A stretch of 64,000 nt of DNA from Eledone cirrhosa (GCA_964016885.1 OZ024749.1:39680001-39744000), one strand, 5' to 3'; shown: positions 16,005-32,307, numbered from the stretch's first letter. The notes: generated from the letters alone by a model not told the origin. Made by a program: numbers and translations.

Positions 16005-16310
16005 TTCTGAGTTCGAATCCTATCGGCATCAATTTTGCCCTTTCTTCCTTCCTGGACCCATAAAATAAAGTACTGCATTTCCCGATGTCGAAGATGCTAC
16101 TTTTTTTTCATAAAATAAGTCTAAAAATCTACCACGTGTCCTGGAGGCCGAAGGTTGTTTATTTTTTTTTCCTCTTCAAATTTTTGGTTGTCAAAATTAG
16201 GGTACGTCCTCGAGGACGAAGCGTCTTCGGCGCCGGGAAATACGGTACTTAGGATAAATATAACCGACATTCCCCCCGCCTCATTCCGACTTTAGATTAA
16301 TGGTCTTGTG
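16005..16310 (+). mobile_element. Old degenerate SINE interrupted by a MITE
   Basis: CTGAGTTCGAATCC...TTTGCCCTTTCTTCCTT...ATAAAATAAAGTA | insert | CTTAGGATAAATATAACCGAC...TGGTCTTGTGC. Confidence 0.65.
16073..16245. mobile_element. Tc1/mariner(pogo)-type MITE with TA target duplication
   Basis: Imperfect ~25-bp TIRs CTGCATTTCCCGATGTCGAAGATGC / GCGTCTTCGGCGCCGGGAAATACGG; TA at 16071-72 and 16246-47. Confidence 0.75.
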
Positions 16311-16349
16311 CTTATATTGGCAGAATCGTTAGAGCGTCGGAGGAAGTGC

Positions 16350-16530
16350 GTTTCTACTTTTCGCACAAGGCTAGCAATTATCCCAGTGCATTACTGGTAC
16401 TTTATTTTATCGACCCCGGTAAGGATGAAAGGCAAAGTTAACCTCGGCGGGATTTGAACTCAGAATGGCAAGGGCCGTAACTCTATGCGTCAAAGCATGG
16501 CGTCCGACCCACTACCGATACTGCCAATCC
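16350..16530 (-). mobile_element. SINE family S1
   Basis: Homologous to 11729-11914. Confidence 0.9.
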
Positions 16531-16541
16531 TTACTACTAAT

Positions 16542-16725
16542 AGTTGTTTCTACTTTAGGCACAAGGCCGGCAATTATCCAGTGTAATCTGGTACTTTATT
16601 TTATCGACCCCGTAAGGATGAAAGGCAAAGTCAACCTCGGCGGGATTTGAACTCAGATCGTAAAGGGACGTAACTATGCTGGAAAGCATAATCCAACCCT
16701 CCACCGATACTGCCAATTCACCTCC
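16542..16725 (-). mobile_element. SINE family S1 (tandem with the previous copy)
   Basis: Homologous to 11729-11914. Confidence 0.9.
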
Positions 16726-17549
16726 CTTACTACTAATAATAATACAATAGAAATATTGTTAACAGAAGTATGATACCACACAGCATAATTACATTGAAAG
16801 GAATGCTTAAAGAAGTATTTCTCGAATTTATTGTCTGCTTGGAATGCAACCCACGCGAATCTAAAGACACAGTCTTCCGGAGTGCAAGAAAACGTTAGAA
16901 ACCAATATTTCTATGGCTTAGTCAATAAAGGAAGATCTGTGCCAATGGCCCCTTTTTCACCTCCACCGAGTTATTCTGATGTAGCTGCTTTTCATGTTTT
17001 TTAGAACCCAAGTCAGTCACAATCAAGCTGAGCTTATAATTACCGGCCTTCTGACTGTGTCCATCCCTTTAAAATACCCCATTATTTAATAAGCTTTGCT
17101 ACTGATATTTATTTCGACTCTCCATTGTCAACATAAATCAAACTAAGGATTGTTTACTGAAAACATCTGCCCACTCATATTAAATTACAATGATTAGACT
17201 GTGCTTCTACGAGAGCAAAACTATGAGGAAAAACACGGCAACATAATTTGTAATAGAGCAATTATATTGTGGCATCGAGCCATATTAAGAGAAAATATTT
17301 CATTATTTTGATGTTATCTTGTGTTGAGTAAGCATCTCATGTTATATTTTCCTCTCGTTAACGTGAACGAGAGAAGTGAAATCCTACCTTTCCAGTCACC
17401 CAGTACTTTTTCATCACAAATTCCTTTGAACAAAAATATTTTCTAACTTTCAATTATTTGACAAACATTTTTCATTTTTTCATTAGTATATATATATATG
17501 TGTCCGTACAATTTATATACGCACTGAATAAGACTCTCCTGTGTGTATG

Positions 17550-17599
<50 letters not shown>

Positions 17600-17822
17600 T
17601 AAGAGGAATTCCAACTTTGTCTGATTTACTCGTTTTATTTACAATCCTTTAAAATATATAATGGTATTATAATGAAATAGTATGATAGAGTATTAAATTC
17701 TAAGTGTTAATTGAACAAGTACTTTCATGCTTTCGCAATCTTCAGGTTCATAATATGTGGTGACAGTCAAGTTTGCAATTTTCAACTATACACAATCATA
17801 TACACCCGTGTATATTTACCTA

Positions 17823-17865
<43 letters not shown>

Positions 17866-18596
17866 GTGTAACCTGTTTAGCTTGCTTCGTTTTTTTGGCT
17901 CCGGTGGCTCAGTTTGTTTGGCCTGTATAACGGATGCATCTATAGGGAAGCATCTCTTTGCTGACCTAGATTGAGTGTGTATCTGTGAAACATATACATA
18001 TACACCAGATCCGAACACAAAGGAACCAATCTCCCACTGTCACTGCTTTGGTCTCTCCCACTCTCCCCATCTCTCACTATTATGAGCAATGGGGCCCCGC
18101 GCTGGGATTGCTCTAAACTAAACCTTTTGACTAACACTTTTGTTACCATATTTTTGATAAAATAAAAATGGTTAAGAAGTCATTTTGAAAATAATCACGT
18201 ATTAGGAGGAATTTAGTAACATAACTGACTTTCTCATCATCAAGCTGGTGTTTCGAACATAACAAATGTTTTTACATAAAAATATGATGGATGGTTTTTA
18301 GATAAATATAAACACTTTTAAAACAAGCAGCATTTTATCATAAAACCAAGTAAAAATTCAGGCAACATGGCGTCTGAGCTTTTATGAACGATCTAATGAT
18401 TGATTGATATACGGCTTACCAACAGACAACATGCCTCACTGTAAATCTGGAGGTTTCTATATCTGGCCGCTAGGTGGACGATGTAGGTCGGTGTAGTAAT
18501 GGTAAATGCAGTGTTTAGTAAGACAGCCATTTATCGGCACAGACGTCTGTTGATCTGAAATATAAAAAGTACAAAAATATTAATACTACGACTAAT

Positions 18597-18868
18597 AATT
18601 GTTTCTACATTTGGCACAAGGCCAGCAATTATCCCAGTATATTACTGGTACTTTATTTTATCTTTATTTTACTAATAATAATTGTTTCTACTTTTGGCAC
18701 AAGGCCAGCAATTATTCCAGTGTATTACTGGTACTTTATTTTATCGAGCCCGTAAAGATGAAAGGCAAAGTTAACCTCGTGGGATATGAACTGAGACTGG
18801 AAAGGGCCGTAACTCTATGCGTCAAAGCATGGCGTCGGACCCTCTACCGATACTGCCAATCCACCGCA
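18597..18868 (-). mobile_element. SINE family S1: full copy (18680-18868) plus 3' fragment (18597-18660)
   Basis: Homologous to 11729-11914. Confidence 0.9.
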
Positions 18869-18967
18869 TAATCTAATAATATTAGAAGTGTAACTTTAAA
18901 GGTGCAAGAGGAATAGGATAAGAAGATGGTGGTGATGATAATGGTGGAGAACGGGATGAGGTTATCA

Positions 18968-19057
18968 AGTAGTAGTAGTAGTAGAAGTAGTAGTAGTGTA
19001 GTAGTACTACTACTACTAGTAGTAGTAGTAGTAGTAGTGTAGTAGTACTACTACTAC

Positions 19058-19107
<50 letters not shown>

Positions 19108-19229
19108 TAGTGTAGTAGTAGTAGTAGTAGAAGTAGTAGTAGTAGAAGTAGTAGAAGTAGCAGTAGTAGTAGTAGTAGAAGTAGTAGTAGTGTAGTAGTA
19201 GTAGTACTAGTAGTAGTAGTAGTAGCAGC

Positions 19230-19279
<50 letters not shown>

Positions 19280-19388
19280 TAGTAGTAGGAGCAGCAGCAG
19301 TAGTAGTAGTAGTAGCAGTAGTAGTAGTAGCAACATCAGTAGTAGTAGTAGTAGTAGTGGTAGTAGTAGTAGGAGGAGCAGCAGCAGC

Positions 19389-19435
<47 letters not shown>

Positions 19436-19463
19436 CAACAGCAGCAGCAGTAGTAGTAGTAGT
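18968..19463. repeat. (TAG)n/(CAG)n microsatellite
   Basis: Directly visible. Confidence 0.95.
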
Positions 19464-19658
19464 ATAACGATGATAAGGGGAGGGGTATGAGGATGTGGAG
19501 GGGGGTATAAAGAGACCGATTATGGAGAGGAATACGTGGAAGAGTTGTTGTAGAAAGAAAAACGAATAAAATAAATACATTGTACTTGATTACCTTGTAA
19601 GGAAACCTTTACTCTAACACACTAATACACATATATATGTGTGTATATATATATACAC

Positions 19659-19749
<91 letters not shown>

Positions 19750-19752
19750 TAT

Positions 19753-19818
<66 letters not shown>

Positions 19819-19820
19819 AT

Positions 19821-19880
<60 letters not shown>

Positions 19881-19882
19881 AT

Positions 19883-19988
<106 letters not shown>

Positions 19989-20124
19989 ATATACATACAT
20001 ATCTATATGTATGTATATATATATATATATATACATACACAGACATATATATTGATATATATATATACATACACTCACACACTTTTATATATATTTATAT
20101 ATACACACACACTAATACACATAC

Positions 20125-20171
<47 letters not shown>

Positions 20172-20283
20172 TATTTACATACACACACACATGTCTATAT
20201 ACATACACACACACACACATACACACACATATATATATATACATCAGCGTGTCTGTTTGTATGTACACATATATATGGATGTA

Positions 20284-20379
<96 letters not shown>

Positions 20380-20497
20380 TATATGCATATATGCATATAT
20401 ATATTGTTATATATGTGTGTGTGTGTCTGTGAGTGTGTGTGTATGTATCAAACCACCAGTCGATAATCTTTTTCCGCCATTGCACTGAGAGTCTAAC

Positions 20498-20782
20498 CTC
20501 GTTTACATGTTGAGTTATGTTTGGAGGAGGGGGTGAAGGACCCGGAGTATGTGGTGGTGGTGGTGGCGGTGGTAGTGGTGGCGGTGGTTGCTGTTGCTGT
20601 TGTGATGGTAGTGGTGGCGAAGGAGGCAGAGAAGGGCGGTGAGAATGACGGTGGCGATGATGATGATGACGAAGAGAGGTGGCGGTGGTAGTGGTGGTGG
20701 TGGTGGTGGTGGTGGTGGTAGTGGTGGTGGTAGTGTTGAAGAAGGAAAATGATGATGGAGGAGAATGATGATGATGATGAGG
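20498..20782 (-). CDS. Possible low-complexity internal exon (His/Thr/Pro-rich), unverified
   Basis: (CTT)n-CAG acceptor, 285-nt open frame [19 protein letters not shown]...[18 protein letters not shown], donor GAG|GTTAGA, phase 0-0. Confidence 0.25.
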
Positions 20783-20784
20783 CT

Positions 20785-21250
20785 GAAGAAGAAGAAGAAG
20801 AAGGAGAAGAAGAAGAAGAAGAAGAAGAAGAAGAAGAAGAAGAAGAAGAAGAAGGCAAAGAAGAAGAAAAAGAAGAAGAAGGCAAAGAAGAAGAAGAATA
20901 AGAAGAAGCAGGCAAAGAAGAAGGCAAAGAAGAAGAAGAATAAGAAGAAGCAGGCAAAGAAGAAGGCAAAGAAGAAGGCAAAGAAGAAGAAGAAGAAGAA
21001 GAAGAAGAAGAAGAAGAAGAAAAAGAAGAAGAAGGCAAAGAAGAAAAGGCAAAGAAGAAGAAGAAGGCAAAGAAGAAGAAGAAGAAGAAGAAGAAGAAGA
21101 AGAAGAAGAAGAAGAAGAAGAAAAAGAAGAAGAAGAAGAAGAAGGCAAAGAAGAAGGCAAAGAAGAAGAAGAAGGCAAAGAAGAAGAAGAAGAAGAAGAA
21201 GAAGAAGAAGAAGAAGAAGAAGAAGGCAAAGAAGGCAAAGAAGAAGAAGG
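20785..21250. repeat. (GAA)n with GGCAAA interruptions
   Basis: Directly visible. Confidence 0.95.
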
Positions 21251-21441
21251 AAAAGGAGGGGAGAGGGGAGAGGGGCAGTATTGGAGTGTAGCAAGTCGAT
21301 GTACGTTATTGCAAACATTACATTTACAACGGAAATATTCTCCATAGTTGATTCTTGAACAAAAGGAAATTCGATTAACATACACATGGTGGTGTTGTGT
21401 TGCTGTTGTTGTTGTTATCGGTGGGGTGGTGTTGACGGTTC

Positions 21442-21522
21442 TGGTTGTGCTGGTGATGGTTGTGCTGGTGATGGTTGTGCTGGTGATGGTTGTGCTGGTG
21501 ATGGTTGTGCTGGTGATGGTGC
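21442..21522. repeat. 15-bp tandem repeat TGGTTGTGCTGGTGA
   Basis: About 5 copies. Confidence 0.9.
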
Positions 21523-21574
21523 TGTTGGTGAGGATGAAGGTTTTAACCAAATACTGAAATGTATTTCCCCTCAA

Positions 21575-21637
<63 letters not shown>

Positions 21638-21650
21638 ATATATATATGTG

Positions 21651-21729
<79 letters not shown>

Positions 21730-22003
21730 ATGTATGTATATATATATATATATATATGGGTATATATATATATATATGTATAATTATGTATATATATGTA
21801 TAATTATGTACATATATGTATATATATATATGTATATATGTATATATACATATATGTATATATATATATCTATCTTTATATATATATATATTGATACATA
21901 CATATATAATGTATATATATGTATATATATATATATATTGATATATATACATATACATACATACATACATACATATACATACATACATACATACATACAT
22001 ACA

Positions 22004-22033
<30 letters not shown>

Positions 22034-22035
<2 letters not shown>

Positions 22036-22585
22036 ACAGAGAAAATCAAATCAAATAGGGCGGAATATGTTGAGACTGATGGCTCAAAGGAATACTGGTG
22101 GAACCTAAAATTTATAAACTGACACCAAATTATAGTACAGCCGGCCTGATATTGTTGTTTGGAACCATTCATTAAAACACGCTCTATTTTAGAAGACAAT
22201 TGCCCACAGGATATCAATGTGGGCAGAAGAATGCAAAAGAATGAGGATATCTACGAACCATTGATGAGGAGTTTGCAGATCTAGTATCCAAGATACGTAT
22301 TTAGATCTCATACCTGTCATTATTGGAGCTTCAGGTTATGAAGCAGACCCGCCTGGACTAAAATATAACTGAAGTTGGATTTGTGAAGAAAGAACGATGC
22401 TCCTTAATTCATAAGTTACATACAAATGGCTGCGATATCTGGAACCTTCAAAAGTTGTAAAATATTCTTACGATTCAAATGATGAGCACTTTCACGTGAC
22501 ACGATGACAATTTCCTTTTCTTTATAACCCTGCCAGTGGAAAGGTGGCCAGTTAAAGATAAACTTAAAATTAAGATAAAGAAAGA
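22034..22585 (+). mobile_element. Decayed RLE-type non-LTR retrotransposon 3' end between (CATA)n tracts
   Basis: Frameshifted EYWWNLK/TDTKL*YSRPDIVVWN...EDNCPQDINV...KNEDIYEPLMRSLQ/VIIGASGY, the PD..D/E..K endonuclease region. Confidence 0.75.
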
Positions 22586-22645
22586 ACATACATGCATACA
22601 TACATGCATACATACATGCATACATACATGCATACATACATGCAT

Positions 22646-22928
22646 ACAGTAAAAATATGTAAAACATACCAAAAATTCTGCATGTAATAGCTGCATGTAC
22701 ACATGTACAGATACAAAGCATATGCACATGCACACATATAACTCAAAACATCCATATCCACACATACAATAACATCCATACCTGTACACACATGCATGCA
22801 TGAAGACATGTATACATATCTACCTAGTTGATGTTGTGTAAATCCCAATGAAAGAGTCTTGTGTCTATGTTAGAAACCGACTCTCTCTCTATTGGTAAGA
22901 ATGTATAAAATTATAAAAACAGAAGAAC
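22646..22928 (+). mobile_element. 3' end of the same RLE family as 9951-10452
   Basis: Reverse complement of about 9951-10260; followed by (CATA)n. Confidence 0.85.
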
Positions 22929-23628
22929 ATACATACGTACATATACATACATACATACATACATACATACATACATACATACATACATACATACATACAT
23001 ACATACATTCATACATAAATACATACACAGAAAAAACTCATTAACATGGGTGTACAATGATTCGACCCCTATTGATGATCCATTCGGGGTCACATTATCC
23101 AACAAGTTAGTTAACCACTGTCCTGGATAATTTTAGGTCTGAACATATGTAGCAGACTTGAAAAAGTATAACTTACTGGAGTTGATATGATCAAATATAA
23201 TTATTTAAACGTATTATACCAACATAGCTATAGTCTAATGATTGAAACTAGTAAAGGAAAAGACGCATAAAAACAATATACTTTCATCTCAAGTCTTAAG
23301 ACCTCTCACGACCAATAGTTCCTTCAGCTTCCAAAGCTTTCTATACATATAAGAAATAGTGGTACACGATTAAAGAATGCTAGTCTTTCTCTGTTAATAT
23401 CGCAACCGGAAGAACTGGCGGATGCAGAATTAATAGTGCAGCAACCATGCAAGAAGTAATACATGTATATATGAAAGCTATACCGGAAGTTATAGTTAGC
23501 TAACGCACGAAAACATTTATCTAATATTCCAATTGCAAGTCTTCTATCACTATAGGGAAGTTTAAATGTGTATATAATCAAATTAAGCGAAACGGGGCGT
23601 GGTGGGATATCTGTCTGCAGTTAAGTGG

Positions 23629-23660
<32 letters not shown>

Positions 23661-23667
23661 TATATAT

Positions 23668-23814
<147 letters not shown>

Positions 23815-24363
23815 GATATATACATATATATAGATATATATAGAGATGTGGAAGCTTAGTAAAATCGAAGCTTTGGCTGTGAGCAAGCAAAGTCGACCTA
23901 TAATATGAATGAGTTAGCAAAGCACTCAATAAGGGTAGGTCCTTAGAGTAATAACATACGTTTAAATAGCTTGACAAATTGAACATTGTGGTAGGCAAAA
24001 CCTAACACACAATACCAAAGTAACGAAAAAACTAACAGGTTAAAAAAGATACACCTGGACAAATTAAACGATATACGATTAAAGTGTTTCTATGAATCCG
24101 AAATAAAATATCCGACTTACGTAACAGGCACGCTCGTGGTATTCCATGATCGAACAGAGGATTCATTTCATCAACAGGATTTCCGTTCTGTCCAAAAAGC
24201 GAGGTGGGCGCTAAATGCTGCTGCTATGAGCAAGCTGAACGTACATTTAGTTATCACGTGTTATTTCAAGCAAGGGAAATATATATATATATATATATAT
24301 GTCCCAAGGCTCTGATACCATCAACACTATAAACACAGAGCTGGCATATCTAAGAACTGACTA

Positions 24364-24419
24364 ACTGCCTGATGAGGTCATAGCCATTCAATGGCTATCA
24401 TCGAAATATATATACCAGT
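24364..24419 (+). ncRNA. Type I hammerhead ribozyme (family E; element about 24301-24465 between TA tracts)
   Basis: actg-c CTGATGA ggtc-atagccatt-c-aatggctat-catc GAAA t-atat-a TA c-cagt; AATAAA immediately downstream. Confidence 0.75.
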
Positions 24420-24460
24420 AAATAAAGGATTATGAGTTCATGCAATTGACTTATGTTTCG

Positions 24461-24513
<53 letters not shown>

Positions 24514-24516
<3 letters not shown>

Positions 24517-24710
24517 AAACTGTTTCAGCCCGACGGCAGAGCTCAAGCCGTTTCGACGGCTATTTCTAGACATAAACATACAGAAATAGCCGTCGAAGTA
24601 GCCGTCGAAACGGCTTGAGCTCTGCCGTCGGGGTCAAACAGTTTCCTATTACCCACTCTACTACCCTAAGTATTGAGTACTCTGATGCGTTATGGTCCAT
24701 TTGGTTCCTT
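24514..24710 (+). mobile_element. Family B palindromic element (3' half of an HHR plus tail) in (TA)n
   Basis: Inverted arms containing GTCGAAACGGCTTGAGCTCTGCCGTCGGGG, then tail CCTATTACCCACTCTACTACCCTAAGTATTGAGTAC...GGTTCCTTA. Confidence 0.8.
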
Positions 24711-24781
24711 ATATATATATACATATGTATATATATATATGTATATACTTATATATATATATATATGTGTGTGTATATATA

Positions 24782-24853
<72 letters not shown>

Positions 24854-24916
24854 GTATATACTTATATATATGTGTGTGTGTATATTTGGGATTTTAGTCT
24901 TCAATTTTATTATTAT

Positions 24917-25016
<100 letters not shown>

Positions 25017-25262
25017 ATTAGGTTGGTATAAAGAAATTGCGTTTTATTTGTTATTTTAAAGTTTGATGTCTATTTTGGAATGGAGGTTTATTTAGCTATG
25101 TTCATGTGATATATCACGTTTGTTCGTTTGCCTGCCTGTGGGTTTGTCTATTTATCACTACGTATGAGTGCATTTGTGCATGTGTATATATATGTATGCA
25201 GTTATGTAGGCTTGTATGTATGTATGCATCTATGTATGCATGCGCCTATACACGCGCGTATG

Positions 25263-25300
<38 letters not shown>

Positions 25301-25393
25301 TATATATGAATATGAATAAGCTTACATTGCACACACATTTAAACACATACATATATATAAATATATATATATATATATGTGTGTATGTATATA

Positions 25394-25562
<169 letters not shown>

Positions 25563-25589
25563 AAATATATATATATATATATGTGTGTG

Positions 25590-25708
<119 letters not shown>

Positions 25709-25735
25709 AAATATATATATATATATATGTGTGTG

Positions 25736-25781
<46 letters not shown>

Positions 25782-26090
25782 TAAACGACCCTAGTGGCAA
25801 ATGAATGGTTGTGTAATATCTCCAGTCCTACATTCTATAACATTATGATAATTATACTCTCGTTATCCGACTCAAGAGATTCTACACCATACGCCATCTT
25901 CAACTTTAGCTCTAGGCTCACTAGCAATTCCACTTGCTTAGTTAAGTCTCTTCTCATTGCTACTAGAGTCTAGAAACTTCTTTGTTGTACACAGTGTTCA
26001 CCGTTCTGAGATATCTAGCTGGCTTTGCAGGAAATTACACACAGCACGGGCATACGTATGTATATGTGTATGTGTATATGTACGTGTTTT

Positions 26091-26166
<76 letters not shown>

Positions 26167-26310
26167 TGTGTCTGTGTCTGTGTATCTGTATGCGTTGTGT
26201 GTGAGTATGTGAATGAGTGGTTTGGTGTCTGCAGATAAGTGTGTGTGCGTGTATATATATATATATATATACATATATATACATATATATATATATATAC
26301 ATACATATAT

Positions 26311-26383
<73 letters not shown>

Positions 26384-26408
26384 TATATATATATTTATAT
26401 ATATATAT

Positions 26409-26447
<39 letters not shown>

Positions 26448-26475
26448 CATCCATACGCAGACTCACAGACACTCG

Positions 26476-26509
<34 letters not shown>

Positions 26510-26513
26510 CATA

Positions 26514-26550
<37 letters not shown>

Positions 26551-26661
26551 CTATATATGTATGTAGTTGAGTGCCTAGAACTCGAAAGAATAAAATAATA
26601 AAATATTACAGATATAAAATTTGTGTATGCGTGTGTGTGTGTATGTGTATATATATGTATA

Positions 26662-26770
<109 letters not shown>

Positions 26771-26801
26771 TTATTTATATATATATGCGTGTGTGTGTGT
26801 T

Positions 26802-26835
<34 letters not shown>

Positions 26836-27031
26836 TGTATGTATGTATGTATGTATGTATATGTGTGTGAGTCAGTGTCTGTGTGTGTATTTAGGGTAGA
26901 AAAAAAAACTTTTTAATAGTGGTTTATAATATATCGGTATTAAAGAGAGGTAAAGTGAGTTGGTTGATAATTCTTGCTTTATATTTTGACAGACATAATA
27001 TATATATATAATTAAAATAACACATAGTGGA

Positions 27032-27108
<77 letters not shown>

Positions 27109-27118
27109 CATATATACA

Positions 27119-27240
<122 letters not shown>

Positions 27241-27529
27241 ACATACACTTTGCAATTTCTTTGTTTACCAAGAAATTGCTAAATTGCCATATTAGAGGAG
27301 TAGTGAAGGTTACAGTTTGATATTATTGTCAACAATATTAAAATGATAATGGCTGAGATAAGACTAAAATATATCCAATATTCACGTCAACTTTATTTTT
27401 AAGAACGAGAAAAAAATATGTGTATATATATATATATTTCCACACACACACATATATAAAGACATGGTAGTAGAAAAAAAACATTAAGACACATTTGTTG
27501 ATGCCCATTAAATCATATATACATACATA

Positions 27530-27870
27530 TATACGGTCTTGGGCCCCGTGATATCCGCCCACGACAAAAATCTCACTCGTATCAACAATACGGCGCAATT
27601 ATTTCACCTCAATTGGCCCCGCTCTCTTTAACATTACACCAAAACACATTAACACGGAAACAGACCCTATAAAGTTCAAGAAGTCTTTGAACAAATTCCT
27701 TCAAGAAATTCTGGATAAACCTCCTATACCCGGATATGTCTCCGTAAACAATAACTCTCTACTGGAGTGTGCCATGGTATCCAAATCCTGATTTGAAAGA
27801 CTTCGCCAGGTGGTGCTATTAAGTTAGACATGGCCTGGGCCAATACTGGCCGAAACCTATCAAAGTTATC
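27530..27870 (+). mobile_element. 3' end of a CR1/L2-group LINE
   Basis: TIRRNYFTSIGPALFNITPKHI...KFKKSLNKFLQEILDKPPIPGYVSVNNNSLLE...* followed by a short 3' UTR with a stem-loop. Confidence 0.75.
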
Positions 27871-27979
27871 ATATATATATATATATATATAAAAACAAAT
27901 AACGAAACGAAATTAAATTTCGTTTCGTTTGTAACTCACTTTTGTATGACTCACTTTTGTATGACTCACTTTGTATGAC

Positions 27980-28026
<47 letters not shown>

Positions 28027-28030
<4 letters not shown>

Positions 28031-28161
28031 AGTAAGTAAGACCCCGACGGCTGAGCTCAGCCGTCGGGGTCTTACTTACTCCTATTACCCACTCTACTAC
28101 CCTAAGTATTGAGTACTTTGGTGCGTTATGGTCCACCTGGTTCCTTACCACTTTTCCTTCG

Positions 28162-28163
<2 letters not shown>
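28027..28163 (+). mobile_element. Family B element
   Basis: Perfect palindrome 28027-28084 followed by the family tail; TA tracts on both sides. Confidence 0.85.
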
Positions 28164-28207
<44 letters not shown>

Positions 28208-28782
28208 TTATCTATTTATATATGTATGTATGTATGTGTATAGTATTAGCAGAAAACACCTACGGCTACATAGGACGAACAGACAACTGCGTCCCTAACT
28301 CATCAACCATCTTGCTGGCATGCAATTTTGCGCATAAACGTAGTATACCACTTATAATTTCAGTTTGCGCGAGAGATTGGATAACCGTTCTGTTGGAAAG
28401 ATGATGTAACAAGGATTGGATATTTTATATAAACAAAAACAGAGATAAACATGTAAAACTTTCAAGATCAGTCCCGTTATTCAAACCACAAGAACACTCG
28501 TCGTTGATAACAACGTATATCATAATTTATGTAAGAATGTTAATATATATTGATACTTCTGCTAGACATATTTTCGTTTATACCATCAAGTTATCAAACT
28601 ATGTATGTTTTTGTCTGTCGATATCTCTGTCACTGCACTCCCTTCTCACATTCTATCCATTTACATATACACATATATACATGCACACACACATACATAC
28701 GTGCATACATATGTACATAAATACATATGCATGCAAACACACACACCCATACACATGCACATACACACACACACACACACAT

Positions 28783-28829
<47 letters not shown>

Positions 28830-28921
28830 TATATAAGAGGTACTGTAACTAAGAATGGCTGATTTACTTAAATTTAAGATCTCAGATGAATTTACATTAA
28901 GCCGATTCCATACTTACAAAT

Positions 28922-29125
<204 letters not shown>

Positions 29126-29229
29126 CTCAAGTCTGTGTATCCTTATATATTTTAACGTCTATATGCACATGTAGCAGTAGAGTATTATTATCAATAGTAT
29201 CATTATTATTAGCAGCAGCAGAAGCAGTT

Positions 29230-29307
<78 letters not shown>

Positions 29308-29325
29308 ATAGTATTATTATGATTG

Positions 29326-29728
29326 TTCTTTGAGTCTCAGTCATTGATGTTAGTTAACTGGAAAGTTTGTTGAAATGAATATCAAGCCACTACCTGCAGC
29401 CTCAGACATTCAGGACGTAACGGAGGGTTCTTGCTGTTCCCAGCAAGCATGCCTTTTGAAGCGTTCCAAAAAGCGGGGCGGGGCCAATTTTCTTTAATCA
29501 TCCCTGGAAACTTTTTGAGATAGTACCTAGTGCGCCTATGACAATCGGGACCACTTTGACTTCATGGCAGTTCCAAATCCTTTTTACCTCCCACTTTAAG
29601 TCCTGGTATCGGTTAATTTTCTCCCTCTCCTTCTCTTGCACTCTCGTGTCGAATGGGCAGGCCACATCCACAATCAGACACGATCTTTTTTCCTTGTCCA
29701 AAACCACCAGGTCAGGTCTATTGTGTTC
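29326..29728 (-). mobile_element. R4/Dong-like non-LTR retrotransposon, short 5'-truncated copy
   Basis: EHNRPDLVVLDKEKRSCLIVDVACPFD...PIVIGALG, in-frame stop, and a 3' UTR matching 29944-30018. Confidence 0.9.
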
Positions 29729-29737
29729 TATTATTAT

Positions 29738-30638
<901 letters not shown>

Positions 30639-30666
30639 TTATTATTATTATTATTATTATTATTAT

Positions 30667-30850
30667 GTGGATTGGCAGTATCGGTAGAGGGTCGGACGCC
30701 ATGCTTTCCAGCATAGTTACGTCCCTTTACGATCTGAGTTCAAATCCCGCCGAGGTTGACTTTGCCTTTCATCCTTACGGGGTCGATAAAATAAAGTACC
30801 AGTAATGCACTGGGTAATTGCTGGCCTTGTGCCTAAAGTAGAAACAATTA
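30667..30850 (+). mobile_element. SINE family S1 with (ATT)n tail
   Basis: Near full-length copy. Confidence 0.92.
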
Positions 30851-30862
30851 TTATTATTATTA

Positions 30863-30895
<33 letters not shown>

Positions 30896-30920
30896 GTAGT
30901 ATTAGTAGTAGTAGTAGTAT

Positions 30921-30953
<33 letters not shown>

Positions 30954-31067
30954 ATTCTTATAACCATCTCATTTCAATAGAGTTTCGCAGCAGGAATATT
31001 TCAAAATCTAGAAACGTGCATTTAATTTACTAGTTAGAAAAATGTATTTAATTGCAATACACATAAC

Positions 31068-31099
<32 letters not shown>

Positions 31100-31121
31100 G
31101 AAAGAAAGGGAGAGAGTGAGT

Positions 31122-31153
<32 letters not shown>

Positions 31154-31430
31154 AAGAGAGTGAGAGAGAGTGAGGGAGAGAGAGTGAGGGAATCAAGAAG
31201 AAGTAAGCATCACAACAATAACATCACAACAACTGTGTAGGACAGAACAAAGGAGAGACAAAATAAAAACCTAGTCACCGAGGAGGTCACAGGATGTGTG
31301 ACGAAAGAGCTTTGACAATCTATAAACAACCTTCCGGTTATCAAACCAACCAGCCAACCGGAAATTCATAATAAATTGAAGTGAAAACAAACAGGTGCGT
31401 GTGGTTTTATTGGCAACATGACCTTCCCAA

Positions 31431-31501
<71 letters not shown>

Positions 31502-31503
31502 TA

Positions 31504-31583
<80 letters not shown>

Positions 31584-31683
31584 TACACATACATACACAC
31601 ACACACGCCCAAACACACATATATATACAGGTAATCAAAGTGTGTATACAATTTTTGGGACACCCTCTATATCTATCTATTTA

Positions 31684-31775
<92 letters not shown>

Positions 31776-32145
31776 TACATGTCTGACGTAATCTTAACGT
31801 CTGGGTAACTAAAAACTAGAACCATCACTTTACTTATTGACCTGAGTAATTCTATAATCTCAGTGTTTAATTTTATCGATTTAAACTGTTCCGATTGAAA
31901 ACTGAATAATAATTACAGAAGCAGTATAAATAGACTGAAATAAGATAACATAACACACACACATACGTACATACACATACACACACACGTAAATACACAT
32001 ACACACACACACACGTACATACACATACACACACACACACGTACATACACATAGACACATACACACACATATATATACACACACAAATAAATAAACACAT
32101 ACATACAACACATCAACACAAAATAACAACAACGACAACAAGAAC

Positions 32146-32244
<99 letters not shown>

Positions 32245-32307
32245 TAAACATACATACACACACATATATATAATATAAGATCAAAAGATGGTTAAAAGAG
32301 TTCCTAG

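Noticed and set aside
27832-27860. GGCC-loop-GGCC-GAAAC as a hammerhead
   Set aside because: No CUGANGA core; more likely the LINE 3' stem-loop.
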